Shown: piece after piece, positions 38,794-47,034 of the stretch | How the letters are laid out: every line of letters starts with the position of its first letter | Position numbering within the stretch: the first letter of the stretch is position 1 | DNA from: Alphaproteobacteria bacterium UBA3635 | GTDB lineage: Bacteria > Pseudomonadota > Alphaproteobacteria > Rs-D84 | Direction of reading: 5' to 3' | DNA: 64,000 nucleotides | NCBI GenBank assembly: GCA_002373935.1 | Contig: DFKW01000006.1 | Location: forward strand, 3,149-67,148 | Made by a program: the position numbers and the translations under genes | The notes under the pieces: generated by a model | Told to the model about the DNA's origin: nothing | The model's input: only the letters and a program-made list of their open reading frames with translations | Databases searched by the model: none

Positions 38794-39012
38794 TTATTTA
38801 TGTGTTTTGACGGCGGTCAATGCCAATCCACGATGCAGCAACGCGCAGAGCAAATCCGGCGGAATTGGTAATCGCCCAATTTCATACAGGTACAAATCGT
38901 GCGACGATATTTTCAAAATTTCCGCCACGGTGGCTTTATTCATATGCAATGATTTACGCGCCCGGCGCAGTTGTTGTCCATAGGCACGCGCATCAATTAA
39001 AACAATAGACAT
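38794..39012 (-). CDS. Small XRE-family HTH protein (72 aa)
   Basis: LRRARKSLHMNKATVAEILKISSHDLYLYEIGR HTH. RBS GGAGGAG. Terminator at 38775-38788. Confidence 0.75.
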   Translation of the reverse strand: MSIVLIDARAYGQQLRRARKSLHMNKATVAEILKISSHDLYLYEIGRLPIPPDLLCALLHRGLALTAVKTHK

Positions 39013-39222
39013 TTCTCTCCTCCATTTTTATTTATCACCGCCAGGATGGCGGATTCACAACTGCCCCGTCACCCTGACGGGTGCCACCCCTTCTTTTTGT
39101 GCTGGCGCACAGAAAAGACGGGGAATGTCCAGAGATAAAAATCATAGTGCAACAACTGCACTCTGCCTGCGCCCCATAGCCCAACGGGCGACGGGGTGAA
39201 CTTTGCACTCTGAACTTTGAAT
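39013..39222 (-). promoter_or_regulatory. Multi-hairpin 5' leader of the XRE gene, containing heptamer blocks and the 72-nt module (39059-39130)
   Basis: Successive hairpins: CCCC..GCCC gtt GGGC..GGGG, AGTGCA/TGCACT, the module hairpins, and CCGCCA/TGGCGG. About 165 nt is identical to 28341-28505. Confidence 0.6.
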
Positions 39223-39375
39223 AAAAAATACCGCGGGAAAAGCGCGGTTGGAGGCAAGAAAAACTACCATAGAGTGTAGCGTCGCTTATTCGAATATTCA
39301 CGACCCTCCAACCAACTGGGTGGAGTTTTCTCTATGCAAGGGTTTTCTTGTCCCACATTGGCAACACACCAATGC
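39223..39375 (-). ncRNA. Candidate structured RNA of ~150 nt (copy 2), unknown class; possibly a cis-acting attenuator
   Basis: Lies between promoter 39410-39382 and terminator 39248-39223. Three helices are supported by compensatory or wobble changes against copy 1. Confidence 0.6.
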
Positions 39376-39381
39376 AGACAT

Positions 39382-39410
39382 ATTTTAACCGATAAAATAT
39401 GATTTTGCAA
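39382..39410 (-). promoter_or_regulatory. Sigma-70-type promoter of the candidate RNA
   Basis: TTGCAA (39410-39405), 17-nt spacer, TAAAAT (39387-39382). Confidence 0.65.
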
Positions 39411-39464
39411 ATTATTATTAATAATTCATTATATGAAAAAAACCGCCCGATTGGGCGGTTTTGG

Positions 39465-40448
39465 TTAAAACCATTTCCATGGTTGAAATACACTTAACAG
39501 ACTCATCGCGGTACGGCGGTCGGCGTATGTATGACCACAACGCGGACACACCAAGAACGGCGCGATTACGGCCTTGTACTTTTTGTATATCAACGACCAG
39601 ATGTATAATCCCGCCGCCCATGCCGCAATCACCAATCCCCACGCGACATAGTTAAAATAACTGTTCACGGTGCGGGTCAAAATTTGCACCACGCCCAGGT
39701 CGGATTTTTCCAAATCGTTATAGATTTTGACACCAACGGGCCAACTGGACGGACGCCATGGATACACGTGTTTGATTCCATAATCGGTCAATAATGTTGT
39801 CCCCAGCCCGCCGGATGCCTTGTCCAATTCTTTTTTGATTGCGGCATCGATGATTTTATCAACCTCTATCTGGGTCAGTTTTGTCAATTCGCTTTGCACT
39901 TTGTCCAATTGTTTGTTCACCATGGCGGCGGTATCGTCCACACGTGCGATACCCTTGTTTGCCTGGGCAATGCCAGAGTCGGCTTTGTCAACGACTTTGT
40001 CCACGGCATCGGTTTTAACACCAAACATATTCGCCAGACCCGTCAATTTTTTAACACTGCCCGTGGTTTGGGATGCCTTGGCCGTGGTATCTTTTGCTTT
40101 GGCCGTGGTGTCCGTCACTTTATCAACCGCACCCTGGGCCAATTTAACCTTGTCAATTGCCATTGCAACCGGTTTTTCCAGGTTGATTGCATCCTTGATC
40201 CCCGACAGCAGGCGCGCGTATTGTTCCTGGATATTTCTTTGCAGGTCAAAGAACATCGACACGACCATTGATTTTTTTATCGGACCCGCGTAATGATGTT
40301 TTACATATAATGGAAAACTGAATACAAATGCCAACCAAATAACCGATACAATCGCAAATGTGCGTTTTGCACCCTTTATCACAGACGGTTTTTTTGCAAC
40401 GGTTTTTGCACCGTGCATATCGATAACTTCAACTTCTTTTTTTGCCAT
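39465..40448 (-). CDS. Membrane protein with central coiled-coil/repeat region, unknown family
   Basis: 327 aa with TM segments near both ends, a Lys/Asp/Thr/Ala-rich centre and C-terminal CPRCGH. Confidence 0.65.
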   Translation of the reverse strand: MAKKEVEVIDMHGAKTVAKKPSVIKGAKRTFAIVSVIWLAFVFSFPLYVKHHYAGPIKKSMVVSMFFDLQRNIQEQYARLLSGIKDAINLEKPVAMAIDKVKLAQGAVDKVTDTTAKAKDTTAKASQTTGSVKKLTGLANMFGVKTDAVDKVVDKADSGIAQANKGIARVDDTAAMVNKQLDKVQSELTKLTQIEVDKIIDAAIKKELDKASGGLGTTLLTDYGIKHVYPWRPSSWPVGVKIYNDLEKSDLGVVQILTRTVNSYFNYVAWGLVIAAWAAGLYIWSLIYKKYKAVIAPFLVCPRCGHTYADRRTAMSLLSVFQPWKWF

Positions 40449-40506
40449 AATAAAATCTCCTTTATGGAGATTTTATTAAATTATGACATTTGGATTCAAG
40501 AAGTTT

Positions 40507-40818
40507 TTATTTCGTTTGTTCATAAAACCGTTCTATCAATTCTTGGTTCAAATCAAAAACAAGTTGTTTGGTTTTATCGGCACGATTTATTTCGACAATA
40601 TTTTTTACCGTTGCATAAAAAGTTTCCGCATCCGATTTGTTGTTTTGAAACGCATGAACCTCACGCGTGGCAATGGCATCGTAATTGTTTGTGTTGCCTT
40701 GGCGCAGGCATGCCAAAGTATAAACTAACGCGGTTTTGTTCGCGGTGTTTTTAGACACCGCCAAATAAATCTTTTCATCCATATTTAATGTTAAATTTGG
40801 TTTAATTATTTGTGTCAT
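40507..40818 (-). CDS. Hypothetical protein
   Basis: 103 aa from MTQIIKPNL. ATGA overlap with the tgt stop. Confidence 0.5.
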   Translation of the reverse strand: MTQIIKPNLTLNMDEKIYLAVSKNTANKTALVYTLACLRQGNTNNYDAIATREVHAFQNNKSDAETFYATVKNIVEINRADKTKQLVFDLNQELIERFYEQTK

Positions 40819-41942
40819 TTTGTTTCTCCTGTATATTTTTTTATAAATTCTGATTTGAATTCGGCAAAGCGGCCCTGCTCTATACTGTTGCGGATGTCGC
40901 GCATTAAATCCTGGTAAAACCATAAATTGTGTTGGGTCAATAATGTCGCGCCCAAAACTTCATTACATTTAATCAGGTGATGCAAATACGCACGCGATAA
41001 CTTGCACGCCGGGCAACCGCATTTACCGTCCAATGGTGACGGGTCATCCCGGAAGCGCGCATTACGCATATTCATTGTGCCGTGACGGGTGAAGGCCTGG
41101 GCCGTGCGGCCGGCGCGTGTTGGCATAACACAATCAAACATATCGACACCGCGTTCAACCGCACCCAATATATCCAGTGGCGTTCCAACACCCATTAAAT
41201 AACGCGGTTTATCGGTTGGCAAATGCGGTGTTGTTGTTGCAATCATATTGAACATTACTTCTTGACTTTCACCCACCGCGAGTCCCCCAATCGCATATCC
41301 GTCAAAACCAATTTCGGTAAGTTCGCGCGCCGATTTTTCACGCAAGTCCGGGAAATCGGCACCTTGGACAATGCCGAAAATGCCATAACCGTCGCGGTCG
41401 ATAAAGACATCTTTACTGCGGCGCGCCCATTCGGTCACCATATCGACATTTTTTTCCGCACGCGCACGCGTTGTGGGCAATTTCAAACACTCGTCCAATA
41501 CCATTGTAATATTAGAATCCAGTTGATGTTGAATATGAACAGAATCTTCGGGGCGCATAAAATGTTTCACACCGCCGTCAATGTGTGATGTGAATTCAAC
41601 ACCATCGGCGCGCATTTTAACCAGGTTAGACAGCGACATAACCTGGAATCCACCGGAATCTGTTAAAATTGGTCCCGTCCAACCACTGAACCGGTGCAGT
41701 CCACCCATTTGTTCCACCAAATCACCACCCGGACGCATCATTAAATGATATGTATTGCCCAAAATTACCTGGGTTCCGGTGGCGGCAACCTGGTCCATGG
41801 TAAGTGCCTTGACCGTGGCGGCGGTTCCCACCGCCATAAATGCGGGCGTTTCAAAATCGCCATGCGCCGTATGCACGCGTCCACGACGCGCGGTGCCATC
41901 TGTTTTAATCAAATCAAATTTTAACGACATGTTTCCATCCAC
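40815..41942 (-). CDS. tgt: Queuine tRNA-ribosyltransferase
   Basis: LKFDLIKTDGTARRGRVHTAHGDFETPAFMAVGT. The start may be 41930 (MSLKF). Confidence 0.95.
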   Translation of the reverse strand: MDGNMSLKFDLIKTDGTARRGRVHTAHGDFETPAFMAVGTAATVKALTMDQVAATGTQVILGNTYHLMMRPGGDLVEQMGGLHRFSGWTGPILTDSGGFQVMSLSNLVKMRADGVEFTSHIDGGVKHFMRPEDSVHIQHQLDSNITMVLDECLKLPTTRARAEKNVDMVTEWARRSKDVFIDRDGYGIFGIVQGADFPDLREKSARELTEIGFDGYAIGGLAVGESQEVMFNMIATTTPHLPTDKPRYLMGVGTPLDILGAVERGVDMFDCVMPTRAGRTAQAFTRHGTMNMRNARFRDDPSPLDGKCGCPACKLSRAYLHHLIKCNEVLGATLLTQHNLWFYQDLMRDIRNSIEQGRFAEFKSEFIKKYTGETK

Positions 41943-42343
41943 CTTTCAATAAAAAAATGTTGATATGGCGCTTTTATACCATAGTATGCGCGCATAATCC
42001 CAACCGCAAAAATTAAAAGTCGTTTCACATTAAGCGGGATACCTGGGGCATCAATAAATTGTTCAAAAAATGTAGCTTTATAATCCAAAAAATATTTATT
42101 CTTGTGTGTTTCACGTGTATAACTATCTTGTTTCCAAAATATGTCCCTGATATTATTTTGTGAGTTTTTAGAAATATTGTTTTCTATCCATTGAATATCA
42201 GATTCATAAAATCCATCAAAGCCAAAATCAAGTCCACATTTGTACGCATGCGAGGATAAGATGTTGCCGATACGTCGTTCTATGTTTGGACAATCAACGC
42301 GACCATGTATTGAATCAATTGGATATTTTTTATCTTTTATCAT
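41921..42343 (-). CDS. Hypothetical protein (AT-rich)
   Basis: 140-aa ORF. No family recognised. Confidence 0.5.
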   Translation of the reverse strand: MIKDKKYPIDSIHGRVDCPNIERRIGNILSSHAYKCGLDFGFDGFYESDIQWIENNISKNSQNNIRDIFWKQDSYTRETHKNKYFLDYKATFFEQFIDAPGIPLNVKRLLIFAVGIMRAYYGIKAPYQHFFIERWMETCR

Positions 42344-42351
42344 GTGCGTCC

Positions 42352-43623
42352 TTATTTAAAATTATCAATCCAAATTTTATGCAAATCAATATCGCCGTAT
42401 TCGGCACCAAATGTCATAATTGACATCGGCCCCGCAAAAAATCCATTTGAACATTTTATTACTTCGTCGGCAGTAATAGATTTATCAAAATCTTGAACTG
42501 TTTTTAAATCATACAATTTACCAAAATCCGTATAATGACCAATTAAAACATCACAACGGCGCGTTGCAGATTCCAAGAAATCCGCATCAACCAATTTATG
42601 AATATTATAAAATCGCGACACAATCGGTTGTGTTATTTTATCGGTGTTATACACCCGATATGCCGTTTTTGCAATTAATGCAACCGCGCGTTCCAGATTT
42701 TCCGGGCTGGTTTCGGTATCTATGCCGTGCACGCCCCAATATTCATTACCGTATCCCGCCATACCAATACCATATATCAAACCGTTTTGTTGGCGGACAA
42801 CCTCACCCAGTTCTTGGATTAAATATTTATGAAATTTGGATTCTGCCAAATTATCACGAATGTTTTCATAAGTATCCGGACGAATATAGGGAAATAAAAT
42901 ATTTAACCATACGTTTTTCAAACCGGGGTCTGGTAAAAATTTATCACATGGTGTATATTTTAATTCCGTATTTTTTGTCACATCGTGTGTTGGTAAAAAA
43001 GCAAATAATTTTTCCAAATTTTGCAACAATGTATCCGGGTTATCTATACGTCCAGATATGCCAATCACACAATTTTTGGCCGACAAACGCTGGTGCAACC
43101 AATTTATCATTTGTGTGCGCGTAAATGATTTAATATTTTCATTTGTTCCCAATGTCCGGAACGCGGAAAAACCCAACAAATTCGTATGGATAAAATCACT
43201 AAATCTGCGTTTGTTATTGCCTTGGCCACGACGCAATTCATCCAATATAACATTACGTTCGATTTCTATTTTATCTTGGTCAAACAAAGAATTTTCTAAT
43301 ACATCTGCAAAAACAGTCAGCAATTTATCCATATTTTCGGCAATAATGCGACCATAAATTTGTAAAGACATATTTGATGTTGATGCATTGAATGTTCCAC
43401 CCATATTTTCAACATAATCTTTTAATTCTTTGCGGGTTGGAAATTTTTTTGTTCCTTTCATCAACATATGTTCGCAAAAATGTGTAATACCATAGACGTC
43501 AGGCGTTTCGTCGCGCGAACCGGTTGCAAAACGAATTTTGACACTAACCGTTTCCAAATCCATCGGGTCCAAAATCACGGTCACACCATTTGATAATTTA
43601 TGTAATGTTGGATTAAATTGCAT
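42352..43623 (-). CDS. M16-family (pitrilysin/insulinase-like) zinc peptidase
   Basis: HFCEH inverted zinc motif. Start trimmed to MQFNPTLHKL; it overlaps the queA 3' end. Confidence 0.8.
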   Translation of the reverse strand: MQFNPTLHKLSNGVTVILDPMDLETVSVKIRFATGSRDETPDVYGITHFCEHMLMKGTKKFPTRKELKDYVENMGGTFNASTSNMSLQIYGRIIAENMDKLLTVFADVLENSLFDQDKIEIERNVILDELRRGQGNNKRRFSDFIHTNLLGFSAFRTLGTNENIKSFTRTQMINWLHQRLSAKNCVIGISGRIDNPDTLLQNLEKLFAFLPTHDVTKNTELKYTPCDKFLPDPGLKNVWLNILFPYIRPDTYENIRDNLAESKFHKYLIQELGEVVRQQNGLIYGIGMAGYGNEYWGVHGIDTETSPENLERAVALIAKTAYRVYNTDKITQPIVSRFYNIHKLVDADFLESATRRCDVLIGHYTDFGKLYDLKTVQDFDKSITADEVIKCSNGFFAGPMSIMTFGAEYGDIDLHKIWIDNFK

Positions 43624-44677
43624 TTTTATCATCCTTTTTGAACAACAAACAACAATCGCCATAACTGAAAAATCTGTATTTTTCGGCGACGGCATGGGCA
43701 TATGCAGATTTCATCTCGGAAAGCCCCGCGAACGCCGATACCAACATAAATAATGTCGATTTTGGCAGATGAAAATTTGTCAGCAAAACATCCACCGCAC
43801 CAAATTTATACCCCGGTGTGATAAAGATATTTGTATTATCACAGATTGGAACAACACGCGTACCCGTGCCGGATTCACGCGCACGTATTGCCGCACTTTC
43901 CAATGTTCGCATTGATGTTGTGCCAACCGCAATTACGCGCGCGGCATTGTTTATAATGTCCGCCTGAATGGGCGTGATACAGCACCACTCAGAGTGCATT
44001 TTGTGTTCATCTAAGTTTTCTGTTTTTACCGGCATCCATGTGCCCGCGCCGACATGCAAAGTGATTTTTACAATTTTCGCACCACGGTTTTCAATTTCAC
44101 GCATCAGTTCGTCTGTAAAGTGCAATCCCGCCGTTGGTGCCGCCATTGACCCCAGTGGTTCGGCATACACCGTTTGATATCTGTCGCGGTCGGCAGGCTC
44201 GTTATCGCGTTTCATATATGGTGGCAATGGCATTTTCCCCACATTATTCAGCACATCAAAAACATTATCGCAGTCAAAATGCAACAACAGGCCGCTTTCG
44301 TCATCTTTATCCAGCACCCGAATTTTTGTGCCGTCGTCCATGGTAAGTGTATCGCCAATGTTTATTTTATTAAACTTTTTGCACAATCCCCACCAATCGT
44401 GGTCATTGACCGATGTGTGTAAAGTGATTTCTTGGTCGCCCGCCACCCGTCCCTGCACAGCAGGGCCGCGGGCATTAAAACGTGCCGGAATCACGCGGGA
44501 ATTATTAAAAACAACCACATCGCCCGGACGCAGATATTCCAAAAAATCCCGGATATGTTTGTCAGCAACCCCGCCACCATCAACAACCAACATGCGTGAG
44601 GCATCGCGGCGTTCAAGAGGGTGTGACGCAATCAATTCGGCGGGCAATTCAAAATCAAAATCCGATGTATGCAGCAT
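43613..44677 (-). CDS. queA: S-adenosylmethionine:tRNA ribosyltransferase-isomerase
   Basis: Start trimmed to MLHTSDFDFELPAELIASHP. Confidence 0.92.
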   Translation of the reverse strand: MLHTSDFDFELPAELIASHPLERRDASRMLVVDGGGVADKHIRDFLEYLRPGDVVVFNNSRVIPARFNARGPAVQGRVAGDQEITLHTSVNDHDWWGLCKKFNKINIGDTLTMDDGTKIRVLDKDDESGLLLHFDCDNVFDVLNNVGKMPLPPYMKRDNEPADRDRYQTVYAEPLGSMAAPTAGLHFTDELMREIENRGAKIVKITLHVGAGTWMPVKTENLDEHKMHSEWCCITPIQADIINNAARVIAVGTTSMRTLESAAIRARESGTGTRVVPICDNTNIFITPGYKFGAVDVLLTNFHLPKSTLFMLVSAFAGLSEMKSAYAHAVAEKYRFFSYGDCCLLFKKDDKNAI

Positions 44678-45579
44678 TATTTTTTGAACTCCAACCCCTG
44701 GTCGGTGTAGTTTTCCGCCATTTCTTCCCAATTTTCCTCTGTACGCACAAATAAATGCAGGCGCGCGTTTACGCCCCATTGATTTTGGATATCGTGACGG
44801 GCCTCGGTTCCAATTTTCTTTAATTGTTCACCACCGCGGCCGATGACTATTTTTTTATGCGCGTCAGACGCCACAACAATTTTTTGATATATATCTAAAA
44901 CACCATCTGCATCCACATCAACTTTCTCGGTCACGACATTGATATGATACGGTAATTCGGCGTGAATATATTTATAAATCTTTTCACGGGTCAATTCCGC
45001 CAAATACAGGTTGTCCGGCACATCCACCGCGTCCGCCGCATCAAACAAATATGGGGACGCCGGCATCGCCGCCGCCAATGCGTTTAACATTTCATTTATT
45101 CCGTCATTTTTTAGTGCGGAAATCATAAATATTTCATTGAAATTGGCCAAAGATGTCAATTCTGCAACCATTGGCAATAATTTCGATTTTGATATCGCGT
45201 CAACCTTGTTTAATGCAACAAACAGGTTTTTATGGTTCTTGATTTTTTCAATCAATCCACGGATTGTGTCGGTCACACCGTGTGTCGCATCAACCAACAA
45301 TAACACCGCGTCCGCATCGCCAAATGCATCCATCGCGGCACCAACCATCGCCCGGTCCAGGCGGCGTTTTGCTTTGAATACGCCCGGGGTATCAACAAAA
45401 ATCAATTGACGGTCCCCCACCATTTTCACCGCGCGCAGATTTGTTCGCGTGGTTTGAACCTTGTGCGATACGATTGAAACCTTGCGCCCCATAATTTGGT
45501 TTATCAGGGTGCTTTTCCCGGCGTTTGTCGGGCCCAAAATTGCAATAAATCCAGAATATGTATTTGTCATGAGATACAC
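44677..45579 (-). CDS. era: GTPase Era
   Basis: GFIAILGPTNAGKSTLIN G1 motif and a C-terminal KH domain. Confidence 0.93.
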   Translation of the reverse strand: MYLMTNTYSGFIAILGPTNAGKSTLINQIMGRKVSIVSHKVQTTRTNLRAVKMVGDRQLIFVDTPGVFKAKRRLDRAMVGAAMDAFGDADAVLLLVDATHGVTDTIRGLIEKIKNHKNLFVALNKVDAISKSKLLPMVAELTSLANFNEIFMISALKNDGINEMLNALAAAMPASPYLFDAADAVDVPDNLYLAELTREKIYKYIHAELPYHINVVTEKVDVDADGVLDIYQKIVVASDAHKKIVIGRGGEQLKKIGTEARHDIQNQWGVNARLHLFVRTEENWEEMAENYTDQGLEFKK

Positions 45580-45677
45580 AATAGCACACCAATTTCAAAA
45601 GGCAATAAAAAACCTTGCAAAAATAATATATTATGGCAAAATTTGCCCGAGAGAGAGCAACACAAAGGACAAACATA

Positions 45678-46208
45678 ATGTCGAACTCTTTCACATTTGA
45701 TGACAAGTGGAATATCCGCTTTATGCAACAGGCGCAAATAATTTCTACGTGGTCCAAAGACCCCAGTACGCGCGTTGGCTGTATCATCGTGTCCCCTGAC
45801 CGCTTTGTTTTATCCGAAGGTTATAACGGTTTTCCACACGGCATTGCCGATACATACGAGAGATTACATGACCGCGCATTAAAATATCCGCGCGTTGTGC
45901 ATGCGGAAACAAATGCAATTGTTAATGCGGGTCGAAATGGCGCAAAAATCGATGGCGGTATTTTGTTTGTGACCGCGCCCCCTTGCCCAACATGCGCAAA
46001 AATGATTGTCCAGGCCGGTATTCGTGAAATTTTATATATTGATTTAGACAAAACAAAAAAGATTCCGGGTTGGCGCGATGAATTAAATATTTCTTTTGAT
46101 ATGTTCGATGAGGTTGGCATCCCGAACATGGCAATCCCAAGAAAACACCTGTTCACCAAGGCCCAGTTGGACGCAATTAGAAACAAACAAATGATGAACA
46201 CAAAATAA
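45678..46208 (+). CDS. dCMP deaminase (ComEB-like)
   Basis: Start at MSNSFTFDDKW with RBS AAAGGA. VHAETNAI...PCPTCAKMIVQAGI motifs. Confidence 0.85.
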   Translation: MSNSFTFDDKWNIRFMQQAQIISTWSKDPSTRVGCIIVSPDRFVLSEGYNGFPHGIADTYERLHDRALKYPRVVHAETNAIVNAGRNGAKIDGGILFVTAPPCPTCAKMIVQAGIREILYIDLDKTKKIPGWRDELNISFDMFDEVGIPNMAIPRKHLFTKAQLDAIRNKQMMNTK

Positions 46209-46239
46209 AAACACCCCGGGGTTCCGGGGATTTTTTTTA

Positions 46240-46959
46240 TTATTTATCTAATTTTTTTGTCCATTGGTTATCGGGGTAATTTTTACGCAACATATCGGCA
46301 TAACCGCGGCTTTGCTCTGGCAGGCCGATTGCCGTATAACATTGGGTTAAACGATACAGTGCCTCGGGTACCATGACGGTTTCGGATGCGGTCTGCACAA
46401 CCGATTGCAATTTTGTAATTGCCGATGTCCAATTTTCGCGTTTCATATCGGTACGCGCAGAATACATAACCTTGCCCGCGATATAGTTTTTCAAGATATT
46501 GATTTTGTTTTCGGCATTTTTCGCATATTCAGATGAAGGGAATCTTTCGCGCAGTTGTTCAAATTGCTGTAATGCAAATACGGACATACCCGGTTCACGA
46601 CGAACATCGCTGACCTGGCGATAATAGCACATTCCGCGCAGATATAAAATATATGGCGCGTCCCGGTGACCGGGGTGAAAACGCATAAATCTGTCGGTTG
46701 CAATCAATGCCCCCGAAAAATCGTCATCCATATACCGTGAATATGCCGCCATAACCAGCGCATCGGGTGCATACGGGTCGGTCGAGTGTTCAGATTCCGC
46801 GGTCATGAATAAATCCGCGGCCGTCTCGTAATCGCCATCGTTAAAATTTTCATACGCATCCGCATAGATTTCCGCCATTGACCGTTCGGGCGCAACATCC
46901 GCACCACCACAACCCGCCAACAATACCGTCGCGACAGTTAAAAATACAAATTTTTTCAT
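46240..46959 (-). CDS. bamD: Outer membrane protein assembly factor BamD
   Basis: Lipobox LLAGC and a TPR-like YfiO sequence. Confidence 0.85.
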   Translation of the reverse strand: MKKFVFLTVATVLLAGCGGADVAPERSMAEIYADAYENFNDGDYETAADLFMTAESEHSTDPYAPDALVMAAYSRYMDDDFSGALIATDRFMRFHPGHRDAPYILYLRGMCYYRQVSDVRREPGMSVFALQQFEQLRERFPSSEYAKNAENKINILKNYIAGKVMYSARTDMKRENWTSAITKLQSVVQTASETVMVPEALYRLTQCYTAIGLPEQSRGYADMLRKNYPDNQWTKKLDK

Positions 46960-47034
46960 ACTTGAATTCCTTTACGCAATCACAGTATAATATATTTGTT
47001 CAAAATAAAAGAAGTTTTTTATAAAGGAATTTCG

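Noticed and set aside
39223-39375. Could the ~150-nt RNA be 6S RNA, tmRNA or SRP RNA?
   Set aside because: The predicted fold is a three-way junction rather than a long rod with a central bubble. There is no tRNA-like end with CCA and no tag ORF. There is no SRP domain IV motif. Two diverged copies also argue against these single-copy RNAs.
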